The notes under the pieces are model-generated. The model made no database searches. It was not told where the DNA came from and saw only the letters and a list, made by a program, of their open reading frames with translations. Both the position numbers and the translations under genes were made by a program. From the NCBI GenBank assembly GCA_038065235.1, contig JBBTRK010000006.1:3255-67254 (forward strand): a DNA stretch of 64,000 nucleotides, in the 5' to 3' direction. The DNA is from Patescibacteria group bacterium (lineage in GTDB: Bacteria; Patescibacteriota; Patescibacteriia; PEXW01). Of this stretch, positions 46,102 to 56,200 are shown one piece after another (position 1 is the first letter of the stretch; each line of letters starts with the position of its first letter).

Positions 46102-46974
46102 ATGGGGAACCTAACTGACAAGAGGGTGCTTATCACCGGGGTTGGTTTGAAACCAGTTCGTTTTGTATTCAAGGACATCACTACCGGTAGACCATCGCAT
46201 ACTGCAATCGTTGTGGATGCGAAGGAATTCAAAGCGAATATCGGAGCAGCAACTGCATTAGAATGCGCGAAGGCTGGCGCGATCGTGCACCTTGTAGCAC
46301 GCACGGAAAAAAATTTGACGATTGTAAAACAGTGGATTGAAAGTATCGTGGCTGACGCCAAAGTCGAATTTACCGCTACAGATCTTGGTGATAGGCAATC
46401 ATTAAAGCGTCTCGTTGAGAGTATTCCGCGCAATCATCCTCTCTACTGGGTACAATCAGTTGGTCTTGGTGCTGGAACAATTAAGCTTAAAGACGATAAT
46501 CCTTATTTACCGATCGATGAAATCCCTGAGGGGCTTGTAGATGCTGAACTTTCAGTTTTGAAAAATACAATAACACTTTTGCAATCACTATTACCTCGTT
46601 TCCGCCAGCAAGAAGAAACACGTGTTTGCATTATTTCCTCAATGTCAGCCGTTCGGTCTTTTGCTTCTGGCAGTATCCATAATGCTGCAAAAGGCGCAAT
46701 AAGCCGTTTCGCAAACGCGGCAATGATTGAACTCGATCATGAAAAAATATTTGTAACCGATATTCGTCCTGGCGGTGTTGATACCGGCATGTATGATTCT
46801 GAGGTTGTCCGCAAAACTGTTCAACGTATATCAAAAGACTTTAATTATTCTGATATCCACTACATTCCTCCCTCAGCCGTTGGACAAGCGATAGTTCATG
46901 CCCTCTCCACTGATGCGCACATTACTTCCATAAACATGGTTGGTAAAGGACAATGGCCGCATGAGGGGTCTTGA
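46102..46974 (+). CDS. Short-chain dehydrogenase/reductase-like protein (atypical SDR)
   Basis: N-terminal Rossmann motif KRVLITGVGL..., catalytic-region-like S...Y...K pattern degenerate; AT-rich. Confidence 0.5.
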   Translation: MGNLTDKRVLITGVGLKPVRFVFKDITTGRPSHTAIVVDAKEFKANIGAATALECAKAGAIVHLVARTEKNLTIVKQWIESIVADAKVEFTATDLGDRQSLKRLVESIPRNHPLYWVQSVGLGAGTIKLKDDNPYLPIDEIPEGLVDAELSVLKNTITLLQSLLPRFRQQEETRVCIISSMSAVRSFASGSIHNAAKGAISRFANAAMIELDHEKIFVTDIRPGGVDTGMYDSEVVRKTVQRISKDFNYSDIHYIPPSAVGQAIVHALSTDAHITSINMVGKGQWPHEGS

Positions 46975-47035
46975 CCCACATGGCTTGAGCTGAGCTCAAA
47001 TTAAAACCTCAAAAGACTCCGTACCAAAGTCAAAG

Positions 47036-47470
47036 CTACCTCACCGCTTTTTTCAGCAGGCTGGTAATTTTTGCTTTTTCCGCAGCGCCTAACTTCTTCA
47101 ACGCAAAGGCTACGGGCCACATTGGGCCGTCGTCCAGTTTAGCGGTGTCACTAAAGCCAAGCGACGCGTACCGCGTTTTGAACTTGCTCCCCGCTTGGAA
47201 AAAGCACACCACCTTCTCACCCTTGGCGTAGGCAGGCATGCCGTACCAGGTTTTTGATAGAAGACTTGGCGCGTGCTTGGCCACCAGGGCGTGGAGTTTT
47301 TTCGCAATGGACTTGTCTGGCTCTTTCATTTTTGCAATGGCCGCCTGCACATCCCGCTCGCCTTGCGCCCGGTTCTTGCCAGCGCGGGCTTCGGCCACCA
47401 GCTCTTTGGCCCGGTTCTGCATGGCCGTTTTTTCAAAATCCGAGAATCCTTGGCTTTTCTGCTTTGGCAT
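47036..47470 (-). CDS. Hypothetical protein, DUF1801-like
   Basis: 144-aa ORF; weak resemblance to YdhG/DUF1801. Confidence 0.35.
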   Translation of the reverse strand: MPKQKSQGFSDFEKTAMQNRAKELVAEARAGKNRAQGERDVQAAIAKMKEPDKSIAKKLHALVAKHAPSLLSKTWYGMPAYAKGEKVVCFFQAGSKFKTRYASLGFSDTAKLDDGPMWPVAFALKKLGAAEKAKITSLLKKAVR

Positions 47471-47659
47471 AGTGTTTTGCGTTTACGGAAAATAGTTGAA
47501 AAATTTCTCCTGCATCTGCTATACTCATACTCTACCATTCGGAGTTTTCTATGGCACTAGCAATTACCGTTAGTAGCTCCGAGAATTTGTCCGCTTGTTC
47601 CCATTGGCGGCTTTTATCGTTGTATAGTACATAGAGCTCTCCCCTTACAATCTGACTAC

Positions 47660-47821
47660 ATGACTGCAGATGCCCCTAATGGTTTTGCCGAGGTGTACGA
47701 CGCCCACATCGAGAAGATTTACACCTTCATCTACTACCGCGTGCTCGTCCCGCGTGCGCAGGACTGCGCGCCACATCCACGGGGATCCCGCAGTAGCTGC
47801 GACATCCAATATGATAGTTAA
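47660..47821 (+). pseudogene. Remnant of ECF sigma-factor N-terminus (region 2.1-like FAEVYDAHIEKIYTFIYYRV) running into a GTCCCGC hairpin module
   Basis: 53-aa ORF; first 30 aa match ECF sigma consensus, remainder is translation of hairpin repeat (ACCGCGTGCTCGTCCCGC...GGACTGCGCGCCAC also at about 13226). Confidence 0.3.
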
Positions 47822-48155
47822 GAAGAAAGAACGACGAAAAGAAGTTATTACTCGAAACTGGAAAGTTTTTGATTATCCATTGCGTTCAAAGACGACTGGC
47901 ATTGCATACCAGATACTGAGCGGCCGCACCCCAAAAGTAGGGAGTTTTCGAAACAACATTTGCACCGAGATTTTTTACATTATCGGTGGCTCAGGAGTAA
48001 TTGTTGTAAAAAACCATGAATACATCTTACGTGAAGGCGATGTATATATCGCCAAACCCAAAGAGCAGCATTTCTTAGTTGGCAAAAAACTAACGTTTTT
48101 AGTGATTACCACACCAAATTGGTATCCAGCGCAGTGCGAGATCCTGAAAGATTAG
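47811..48155 (+). CDS. Cupin-domain protein
   Basis: About 114 aa; G(X)5HXH-like/ cupin beta-barrel motifs EIFYIIGGSGVIVV...GDVYIAKPKEQHF. Confidence 0.5.
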   Translation: MIVKKKERRKEVITRNWKVFDYPLRSKTTGIAYQILSGRTPKVGSFRNNICTEIFYIIGGSGVIVVKNHEYILREGDVYIAKPKEQHFLVGKKLTFLVITTPNWYPAQCEILKD

Positions 48156-48202
48156 ATTTAATAATTTTTGACGTGCCACGTTTGTGGAGCCCCGATGACA
48201 AT

Positions 48203-48751
48203 ATGAACGAAGAAGACATTCTAAATCTCATCAAGGCGGACGAATGGATGATGAGCATTTTGCGCACTGCAGAAGCGCTTCAGCTTCCCGATTGGGTCAT
48301 CGGTGCAGGTTTTGTGCGCAATAAGGTGTGGGACCATTTGCATGGGTACACGAAGTCAGCAGTTGATACGGCTGATATTGATTTGGTGTACTTTGATCCA
48401 AACGGGAATGATGAGAAAGCCGACGAGACGTTGTCGAAAAAGCTACTAACAGAAACAGGCCTACCATGGGAAGTCGTGAATGAGGTGTATGCGCACATTT
48501 GGAATAACTTGCCGCCGTATCGGTCAACCAAAGACGCGCTCGCTCAATGGCCCGAGACTGCGACCGGGATTGGGGTGAGGCTGGAGAACGGGACATTACA
48601 ATTGGTCGCTCCGCATGGTATAGATGATCTCGTCCACCTCATAGTTCGGCCAAGCCCGAAATTCCCAGATGGTGAAACACGCGTGGCAGAGCGGGCACGC
48701 GAAAAGAAGTGGCAAGAAAAGTGGCCGAAGTTGTGCTTTCTTTCTGCATAA
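48203..48751 (+). CDS. Nucleotidyltransferase-family protein (DUF925/NTP_transf_6-like)
   Basis: GAGFVRNKVWDHLHGY...DIDLVYFD pattern. Confidence 0.45.
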   Translation: MNEEDILNLIKADEWMMSILRTAEALQLPDWVIGAGFVRNKVWDHLHGYTKSAVDTADIDLVYFDPNGNDEKADETLSKKLLTETGLPWEVVNEVYAHIWNNLPPYRSTKDALAQWPETATGIGVRLENGTLQLVAPHGIDDLVHLIVRPSPKFPDGETRVAERAREKKWQEKWPKLCFLSA

Positions 48752-48761
48752 TTCCTCAACT

Positions 48762-48971
48762 ATGCCAGACGTACAAACCTTCCACTGTCGAGATTGCGGG
48801 CATGATGGCTCAGCAGTAATGGACGAGAAAGAACGTCCGCAAGGGTCTGACCTCATCACGAAGTACTCAGGCTTCTTGGGTGCGCGGGTAATGAAGTTCG
48901 CGAACATCCTCATCGAGCCAACCAAGCGTTGTGAGCGGTGCAAGAGCAAGAAGCTTACTCGTCTCCCATAG
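48762..48971 (+). CDS. Small zinc-ribbon protein (two CxxC pairs)
   Basis: HCRDCGH ... CERCKS; 69 aa. Confidence 0.3.
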   Translation: MPDVQTFHCRDCGHDGSAVMDEKERPQGSDLITKYSGFLGARVMKFANILIEPTKRCERCKSKKLTRLP

Positions 48972-48985
48972 CCACTTGAAGTAAA

Positions 48986-49019
48986 GAAAAACCGTCATCC
49001 AAAAGGGGTGACGGTTTTC
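48986..49019. terminator. Bidirectional intrinsic terminator (ACCGTCA-11 nt-TGACGGT flanked by A5/T4 tracts) between convergent genes
   Basis: Seen directly; abuts stop codon of sigma factor gene. Confidence 0.5.
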
Positions 49020-49878
49020 ACATAAGGTACGGTCGCAGTGCGCGACTACGGGAAGCATGGCGGAGACGCTTGATGGCCTTCTCCTTAATCTGACGCACGC
49101 GCTCTCGGGTGAGCGAGTAGCGAACCCCAATCTCTTCGAGGGTATGCCGTTTCTCGTGGTCGAGTCCGAAGTAGAGTTTGATCACCTCGGCCTCACGAGC
49201 AGTGAGCGTATCCAGAGTTTGCTCGATGAGCTCTTTCAATTCACGCGCATGCAATATTTCATCGGCTGCGGGTGTGTGCTTATCTTTCAGGGAATCGTTG
49301 AGTGAACTGTCATTCGTTTCACTGTAGGGGGCATCGAGCGAAGGGTTCACACCTTGAATGACTATGGCTTCGCTCACCGTGTGTTCCGTGTAATTCAGTT
49401 CAATGGCGATCTCGTCCGGGGACGGTTGCCGCCCGAGTCCCTGCTCCAGACGGGCGGATGCCTTATTCGTTTTGTTCACCGCCTCCACACGGCTCAACGG
49501 CAGACGGTAAATTCGACTCTGCTCGGCGAGCGCATACAGGATTGCCTGGCGGATCCACCACACCGCGTAGCTAATGAACTTGTACCCAAGCGCCCCGTCG
49601 AAGCGTTTGGCCGCCTTGATGAGACCTAGGTTACCCTCGTTAATGAGGTCAGCTAAAGTCATGCCCTGGTTCTGGTACTTTATGGCGACAAACACCACAA
49701 AGCGTAGATTTGCCTTGGTGAGTTTTTCCAAGGCCAACTTGTCACCTTTCTTAATGCGCCGGGCGAGCCGTACTTCTTCGTGAGCCGGGAGCGGATGCGA
49801 GTTTTCGATCTGTCGCATGTATATCTCTAGTGACCGTTCGTCATCAGACCCAATCGGGAGTTTGCTCACGCAACTCAC
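49018..49878 (-). CDS. RNA polymerase sigma-70 family factor (compact RpoD/SigA-like, regions 2-4)
   Basis: Region 2 LADLINEGNLGLIKAAKRFD, YAVWWIRQAI; region 3; region 4 LTAREAEVIKLYFGL...TLEEIG..YSLTRERVRQIKEKAIKRLR. Confidence 0.8.
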   Translation of the reverse strand: MSCVSKLPIGSDDERSLEIYMRQIENSHPLPAHEEVRLARRIKKGDKLALEKLTKANLRFVVFVAIKYQNQGMTLADLINEGNLGLIKAAKRFDGALGYKFISYAVWWIRQAILYALAEQSRIYRLPLSRVEAVNKTNKASARLEQGLGRQPSPDEIAIELNYTEHTVSEAIVIQGVNPSLDAPYSETNDSSLNDSLKDKHTPAADEILHARELKELIEQTLDTLTAREAEVIKLYFGLDHEKRHTLEEIGVRYSLTRERVRQIKEKAIKRLRHASRSRALRPYLM

Positions 49879-50039
49879 CTCCTTCCGAATTGTTAAAAGT
49901 TTGTTTGTTTCAGCCGCTGACTATACCAGAGGGGTTGTGGGATGTCAAAAAAAGTGGTGCTGGGTTGACTGACAACCGCAATCATCGTACACTGCGCACG
50001 CAATCGAAGTTCTTTTCGTCGTCTATTCGGACGCACCGG

Positions 50040-50114
50040 GGTGGCCATGGTGTAGTGGTAACACAGAGGCTTGTGGAGCCTTTATCTCGGGTTCGATCCC
50101 CGATGGCCACCCCA
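50040..50114 (+). tRNA. tRNA-His (anticodon GTG) with encoded G-1 and CCA
   Basis: G-GTGGCCA...anticodon loop TTGTGGA...GGGTTCGATCCCCGA TGGCCAC C CCA. Confidence 0.85.
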
Positions 50115-50185
50115 GTTTGTCTGAAGAATATTTTTTTCGTCATCCATCGTCGTTTCGGCGGGTTTCGGCTACAATAGATGCAGCT

Positions 50186-51790
50186 ATGGCAGATACTTCC
50201 CTATTTCCGAATAGCGTCCAGAAGTTGGTGCAGTCGTATGAGCAGCCTTTGCCGAACCTGGAGGCGCCCCCAGGCGTGCCCGGCATAAAATTGAACGAGG
50301 TCATTGGCAAAATGGCCTATTTCTACGAGAAGCTGCGTAATAGCATTGAGTTCAACGAAGAACACCTCCTGCGGCGGAACGCCATCGAACGTATCCTGCG
50401 CCGAAGATTCTTGGTTGAGAATCGCGCTCAGGTGAATGCGCGGCTGCTCATCCATGAGCTCATCCGTGGCCGTTACTTACCGAATGATGCGCTTCCCGAA
50501 ACGCTCGTGGTCGTCGTGCAGAACTACGTGGACCGCTACCTTGCCCTACTCGACCATTTGCAGCTCAAGCGCACGTACCCTGAAGATCGCCGACACATTC
50601 GCTGGCTTTTGAGCGTCGCCTCTGCAGACTTAGAAGAACGTCTGTCCCCCAGCACGCGGCAAGATGCGCTTGTAGAGGTTATGTATGCAACCATTCGTAG
50701 CAGTTTGGTGCTTCCTGCAAACGTCCCTGCTGGCCAAGAACAGGATGTGCTGGTGTACCTGGCTATTCACCGTGCACTCATCAAAAGTGACGATGCGGTG
50801 TTGCGGTACCACCTCTTCAAGTGGGCATATCCACAGTGGGAGAATCCCAACCACGCCGTGACCGAGCAGGTGCGCGAGAAGTTCCCCAAGCTCGTCGAAT
50901 CTATTGAAGCTAAAATCAACCACCCGCTCTCGGAACGTATACTCGTCATCTGTCGGCGGTACACCATTCCCTTCATCATCCTCGCCGATGTGGTACGGGA
51001 GCAGGGCGGTGCCGCGGCTAGGCTCTTGCTGCAGCAACCTGCGGCGTTGCAGGAAGCAGTTGAGGAAGCCATGAAGACGAAATTGAAGACCGCCAGGACA
51101 CGTCTCCGTCGGACCTCGGTGCGTAGCATTATCTACATTTTCATAACCAAGATGATGCTAGCTTTGTCAATCGAGCTTCCGTATGAGATTTTCGTCCTGC
51201 GCGAGCGTGCGCTCCTGCCCATCTACATCAATAGCATTTTCCATCCAATACTCATGTTCACCATTGCCCTGACGGTGAAGCTCCCTGGCAAAGAGAACAC
51301 CGCCCTGGTGGTACAAGCGGTACAGGAAATTGTGAACCCCAGTGTGCCCCGAGAGATTTTCGGCGCACGTCTTCGCCCCCGTCCCCGCGGGAAGGTGCGG
51401 TCATTCTTCTTCTACCTCTTCTACTTCGCGACGTTCGGGGTAACTTTCGGGGCAATCATTTGGGGTCTCATGACGCTGCAATTCAACTGGCTCTCCATCG
51501 TCGTCTTCATCTTCTTCCTCTCCGTCATTTCCCTGTTCGGGACGCGGGTGCGGGGTATTGCGCGGGAGCTCACCGTGCGTGACCGGCGAGAGAATCTGTT
51601 CCTATTGCTACTTTCCTCGCTATCGCTGTCAATCTTGCGCGTTGGCCAGTGGCTCAGCAAAAAGGTGCCAAAGGTTAACTTCATCGTTTTCTTCCTAGAC
51701 TTCATCATCGAGGCGCCGTTCAAGATGTTCGTCGAAGCCGTGGATGAGTGGTTCAGCTTCCTCAAGGAGAAGCGCGAAGAGATTTCCTAG
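50186..51790 (+). CDS. Hypothetical protein with soluble N-terminal half and polytopic membrane C-terminal half
   Basis: Start MADTSLF (track ORF 50117 overlaps tRNA-His); C-terminal FFFYLFYFATFGVTFGAIIWGLMTL..., IVVFIFFLSVISLF TM segments; no family recognised. Confidence 0.5.
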   Translation: MADTSLFPNSVQKLVQSYEQPLPNLEAPPGVPGIKLNEVIGKMAYFYEKLRNSIEFNEEHLLRRNAIERILRRRFLVENRAQVNARLLIHELIRGRYLPNDALPETLVVVVQNYVDRYLALLDHLQLKRTYPEDRRHIRWLLSVASADLEERLSPSTRQDALVEVMYATIRSSLVLPANVPAGQEQDVLVYLAIHRALIKSDDAVLRYHLFKWAYPQWENPNHAVTEQVREKFPKLVESIEAKINHPLSERILVICRRYTIPFIILADVVREQGGAAARLLLQQPAALQEAVEEAMKTKLKTARTRLRRTSVRSIIYIFITKMMLALSIELPYEIFVLRERALLPIYINSIFHPILMFTIALTVKLPGKENTALVVQAVQEIVNPSVPREIFGARLRPRPRGKVRSFFFYLFYFATFGVTFGAIIWGLMTLQFNWLSIVVFIFFLSVISLFGTRVRGIARELTVRDRRENLFLLLLSSLSLSILRVGQWLSKKVPKVNFIVFFLDFIIEAPFKMFVEAVDEWFSFLKEKREEIS

Positions 51791-51873
51791 CATTCGTCAA
51801 TTCTTGACAATCTCCTACCGACCTGAAGGGTGATTTGCTATACTCCTACCACTTCATTCTTAACGAATACGCT

Positions 51874-53055
51874 ATGCGTAAGTTAACGTTTGCCAGTAGC
51901 ATCGGCGCGATTGCGCTGTTTGCCCTTGTTGGCTTTGGCCAACCCGCCAGAGCCACCGAGAAGCTAGAGTTAGAGCCAGTATCGAAGGTGAAGGTTCCTG
52001 GGACTTTCGTTACGGGAACATTGACTGCGATGAGTAGCGCGTCAGTGCCGGCGACGCTCACGGTGAAAGCTGGGGCGACCATTTACACGGCAGAGGTTAC
52101 ATCCGCGACGACGATTGTTCGGAGGTACAATGGCAGCACCGACCTGGGCGAGTTTCTGGTTGGCGATACCGTTGAAGTACGCGGCACACTCTCGAATGAC
52201 GTGGCGAATACGATTAGCGCAACGAAGTTAAAAAACGTTTCGATCCAGCGTGTTGGTGGGACGTTTAAGGGGAAAGTTGTTTCTCGGAACTGCGATGCAG
52301 GTTACTTTACCTTCAAGCCCGAAGGACGCGATGAGCAGTCGGTATACTTCACCGCGAACACGAAGTTCATTCGCGGGGGTGAGAAGATCAGCTGTGCCAG
52401 CCTCGTAGCGAACGAACGGGTAAAGGTCATTGGCCTGTGGCGGAAAGCAGATGCCCGCATTGACGCCGACCGGGTGATCGTCGATATGCGGACGATTAGC
52501 GGCACGATCAGCACGATCACGCTGACCAATGGTGGCTTACCCGCAACCTTGGTCATCGATCGGAAGGGGAAGGTTAAGAGCACTGCCTTCCAGGCCGCGA
52601 CGTCGGAGAGCAGCGAAACTACCACGGAGTCTTGGACGGTGAACATTACCAGCACCACGAAGCTGTACCGTAAGTACATGAAGATTGCGACGATTGAGGA
52701 AATGCTCGTTGGCGACAAAGTTGACGTTCGCGGAACAGTAGCTGAAGGGAACGTCATGAATGCCAGAGTGCTTCGCAACAACTCCCTCGTCATCAAGTAC
52801 GGCGATATGCAGGGCACCGTTCTTTCTGTCGATGCAGATGCGAAAACGTTCGTGCTGCGGACGAAGGAGAAGAAGCTAGGCGACGTTATCGTAACCGTGA
52901 CCGACGCCACAAAGTATGTGGACGAGAACGGCATGCGTGTATTCACTGACCTCACGGTCGGCGATAAGTTGAAGGTCCTCGGAACTTACAACTCGAGCAC
53001 CAAGAAGATTGCCGCAACCCGCGTCTTTTTCAAGGAAGCGCAAGAGACACTCTAG
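51874..53055 (+). CDS. Secreted repeat protein (signal peptide + at least 4 copies of a 60-aa beta-rich module ending ...VGD.V.V.G...)
   Basis: MRKLTFASSIGAIALFALVGFGQPARA signal; internal repeats TIVRRYNGSTDLGEFLVGDTVEVRGTL / KVIGLW / LVGDKVDVRGTV / TVGDKLKVLGTY. Confidence 0.55.
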   Translation: MRKLTFASSIGAIALFALVGFGQPARATEKLELEPVSKVKVPGTFVTGTLTAMSSASVPATLTVKAGATIYTAEVTSATTIVRRYNGSTDLGEFLVGDTVEVRGTLSNDVANTISATKLKNVSIQRVGGTFKGKVVSRNCDAGYFTFKPEGRDEQSVYFTANTKFIRGGEKISCASLVANERVKVIGLWRKADARIDADRVIVDMRTISGTISTITLTNGGLPATLVIDRKGKVKSTAFQAATSESSETTTESWTVNITSTTKLYRKYMKIATIEEMLVGDKVDVRGTVAEGNVMNARVLRNNSLVIKYGDMQGTVLSVDADAKTFVLRTKEKKLGDVIVTVTDATKYVDENGMRVFTDLTVGDKLKVLGTYNSSTKKIAATRVFFKEAQETL

Positions 53056-53104
53056 AGATTGGTTCGAAGAAAAGCGGCTCCGCGAGGAGCCGCTTTTTGT
53101 ATTT

Positions 53105-53196
53105 GTCACTGCGAATCCCTTAGCAGTGAGGTGAAGCAATCCCCCTGATACAACGGGATTGCCACGCCTCTCGATTACTCGAGGCCCGCAATGACA
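53105..53196. repeat. Structured palindromic intergenic repeat, subfamily 2 copy G
   Basis: GTCACTGCGAATCCCTTAGCAGTGAGGTGAAGCAATCCCCC...ACGGGATTGCCACGCC...CGCAATGACA. Confidence 0.65.
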
Positions 53197-53200
53197 ATAA

Positions 53201-56200
53201 TTACCGCGGAATCAGCCGGACCACGCTGGCGCCGAGTACGCGGCCCTTGCTGTAGGTAATCTTCTTAATGGTCTGGCGGCCGTCGCTGTTGGTGAAGGTC
53301 ATGTCGTAGGTGGCGTTCTTCAACTTACTCGTGGGCACGGTGACGAGCAGGCTCTTGGCGCTCTTCACCTGTACCTTGCTCGCCTTCACTGTGCCGACAG
53401 CAGCACTGACCTTGCTGGTAAAGTTTGTGCCGACAATTTCCAGTACCATGCTGCTGCCAGATTTGCTCTTGTACTTCACGCCGCTCACGGTGGGCTTCTT
53501 CTTCGCTGTACCCGTGACAGAGAATTTTGTGAGGTGCGTGGTGGTGAGCGTGGCAGTGTTGTCTTTGGTGTCCACTAAACCGGTGGCCCCATCGGTTGAC
53601 CAGGTCTCGGTCTGCGGGTCCCAGAATTTCGTGGCCAGGCCCTTCTCGCGCAGGCCGCTATTCACCACGGCACTGTCGGTGTAGGGCAACGTTATCGTGG
53701 CAGGCTTATCGAGGTTCTTCTTCTCATTGCCCGAGCTGTCGATCGCCTTCACTTCGTAAGCCAGCGACGCAGGCCGGTCAGACGTCGTCGGGTCGATATC
53801 AATCGTCGGCGTGACTGTGACGGAGACGGTGCCGCTGGTGCCCAAGGCAAATGGCGGCAAGGATACGGTTGTACCATCGGCCAAGCTAATAGCTAAGCCA
53901 TCATCCGCACTGGCAGACTTCGTGATCGGCCCGGGAATGGTTATACCCGAATCTTTGAGGGTCAGGTTCACGGTGTTTGCGCCAACCTTGGGGGTAACTT
54001 CGGAAACCTCGCTAGTGGTAAGTTTAGTGCCGCTGATATCCGTGACGACTACGTTCCATTTCTCGCCGCTGGTGACGTTCAAACTGTAGGTGCCAGTCGC
54101 ACTCACCGTGCCCGTGACTTGCGAACCGTCGTTGGAGTAGGCGGTGACCGTGCCGCCCTTTTCGGCCTTTGTACCAAACTTTACCGTACCTTGTAATGTA
54201 GCGTTGGTTGCTTCAAATTTGAAATTCGCAGTGGTCGTGCTGCTGCCCGAAACTTTCACGGCCTTGCCGTCGGGTGGTAGCTGGGTCTCGGCCACGGCTG
54301 GGGTTTCGCCGACGGTTACCAGGTACGTACCGTCAGGAACTTTGGCGGTGTACACCCCGCTATCATTCGTTTCTACAGTCACGGTCACAATATCGTTTGG
54401 GTTGGTGGCGGCATTATTCTCCAACGCCGTGCGGTTATCCAGGGTAACCAAGGCACGTTTTACCACTGCGCCGCTAGTGTCCGTAACGGCACCGGTAACC
54501 GTGTTATTCCCTTTGAATACCGTTAGGTTGCGGGCCACGCTCTGGCCGGCGGTCACGGTAACGCTATTTTGTCCGGCGGGTTTGTTTAGCAACGCAGCCG
54601 TGAGTTCTGGATTCTCAATGTCGTAGTCGTACAACCACGTTCCCGCAGCCAGCGGCAGGCTATACGTACCATCAGCCGCTACTGTTGTGCTGGTGAAATT
54701 CCCGTCAGCGTCCAAGGCCAAAATCTGTATATCCGAACCCGGGCTGGTCACCATTGTACCGTCTTGGAGTTTGAGGGCACCCGTCAGCGTTGCGTCATAT
54801 GCCCGGAGAGTCAGGTCCTGGGTGGCGGTACTGCCAGCCATGGTGACTTGTTTTTCCGACCCGCCCGCGTAATTAGCGCCTGGTGCGGCTTGCACCCCGA
54901 CGATTACCTTTGAGCCTGTGACTTCGGTTGAAGCAAAATCGAGGCTGAAAGTGCCGTCAACCACGGGGGCAGACACGCGGACTTTATTATTTATGGTACG
55001 GACATAGGCGCTGCCCACAAAGTCTGTGACTTTTGTGCCGGCGCTGTTGAGCACGTTGCCGGTAATCCCACGGTCAATCGTTTTCATCTTAATATTAAGA
55101 TCGCTCACGGTCTGACCATTGATGACGGTCGCTGTGGCTGGCGCTACTTGGGCGTACTGAGTTTTCCCGGTCGGGGCATTCAGGCCAATACTCCAGGTGC
55201 CGGCACCGACGGTAATATCAAAGGCGCCAGTGGGATCGGTATTCACATTCACGCGCTCGCTCCCACCTTCCCGAACTGCCAGCAGCGAAACATTAGAAAG
55301 CGCTGCGCCAGAGGTTGAGGTAACTTTACCTTTGAGGTGTGCGCTGTTGACTGATGCGGTAACTGTACCTAAGTCCACGTTCCCGCCTTCGGTCATGACG
55401 AAGGTCGTGGCAGCCGGGTCAAAAGACTTGCCTTGCAAATCCGTGTGGAATGCCGAGAGGGAATAAATACCAGGTGTCAGGTACACACTCACCACCGAAT
55501 CAGCTTGGCGGACTTTGCGCACTGTACCCACGCCGTCGGCGCGGCGGATGTCCACATCTGCCACAAAACTGCTCGTGGTTAGGTTGCTGCCATCGCTATT
55601 TAGCAAACGCACGGTGACTTTACCGGTAGCGGGGGTCACCACAAAGTTCAAGGTCTGGGTTTCGGTGGTGCTGTCTGCAGCAAAATCCACGCGGGTCGGT
55701 GCGACTTCCGAAATCCAAGTCGGGGTGTATTCCGAAAGGTTGACCACCGGCTGCACAAACCAGGTGCCACCCACCATAGTCCCGCTGTACACCCCACTCG
55801 CGTTGGTGCGCACATTCGAGAGTCGGCTCGCCCCGGTTATATTGTACGGGTCGATATTAATGTCGGCATCGGTAATAATTTTACCGGTAGTATCGGTTAC
55901 CGTACCGGTAATCGTCTTCGACGTTTGGGTGAACGTGAAATTAACCGCTGTTTGCGACGTACCCGAGTAGGTAAAATTATAGGAACCGTTACCCGAACGA
56001 TTGTAACCGGTGGGGGTACGCGCCTCTACCACGTAAGGAGTACCGTTGGTCAAGTCGTTATTGAAGGCGTAGGTACCATTTGCGGCCGTGGTGGTGTTCA
56101 CGCTAAAAATTCCGTCCGGTGTATGTAGCTCAATTGTGACGCTTGCCATCGGCGTACCGGTAGTAGTGCTTACCGTGCCAGTCACGACATTCACCACCGC

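Noticed and set aside
43163-47821. The low-GC block as a prophage or integrative conjugative element
   Set aside because: There are no capsid, terminase, portal, replication or conjugation genes, only small metabolic and regulatory accessory genes. It is treated as a possible decayed island, not an identifiable mobile element.
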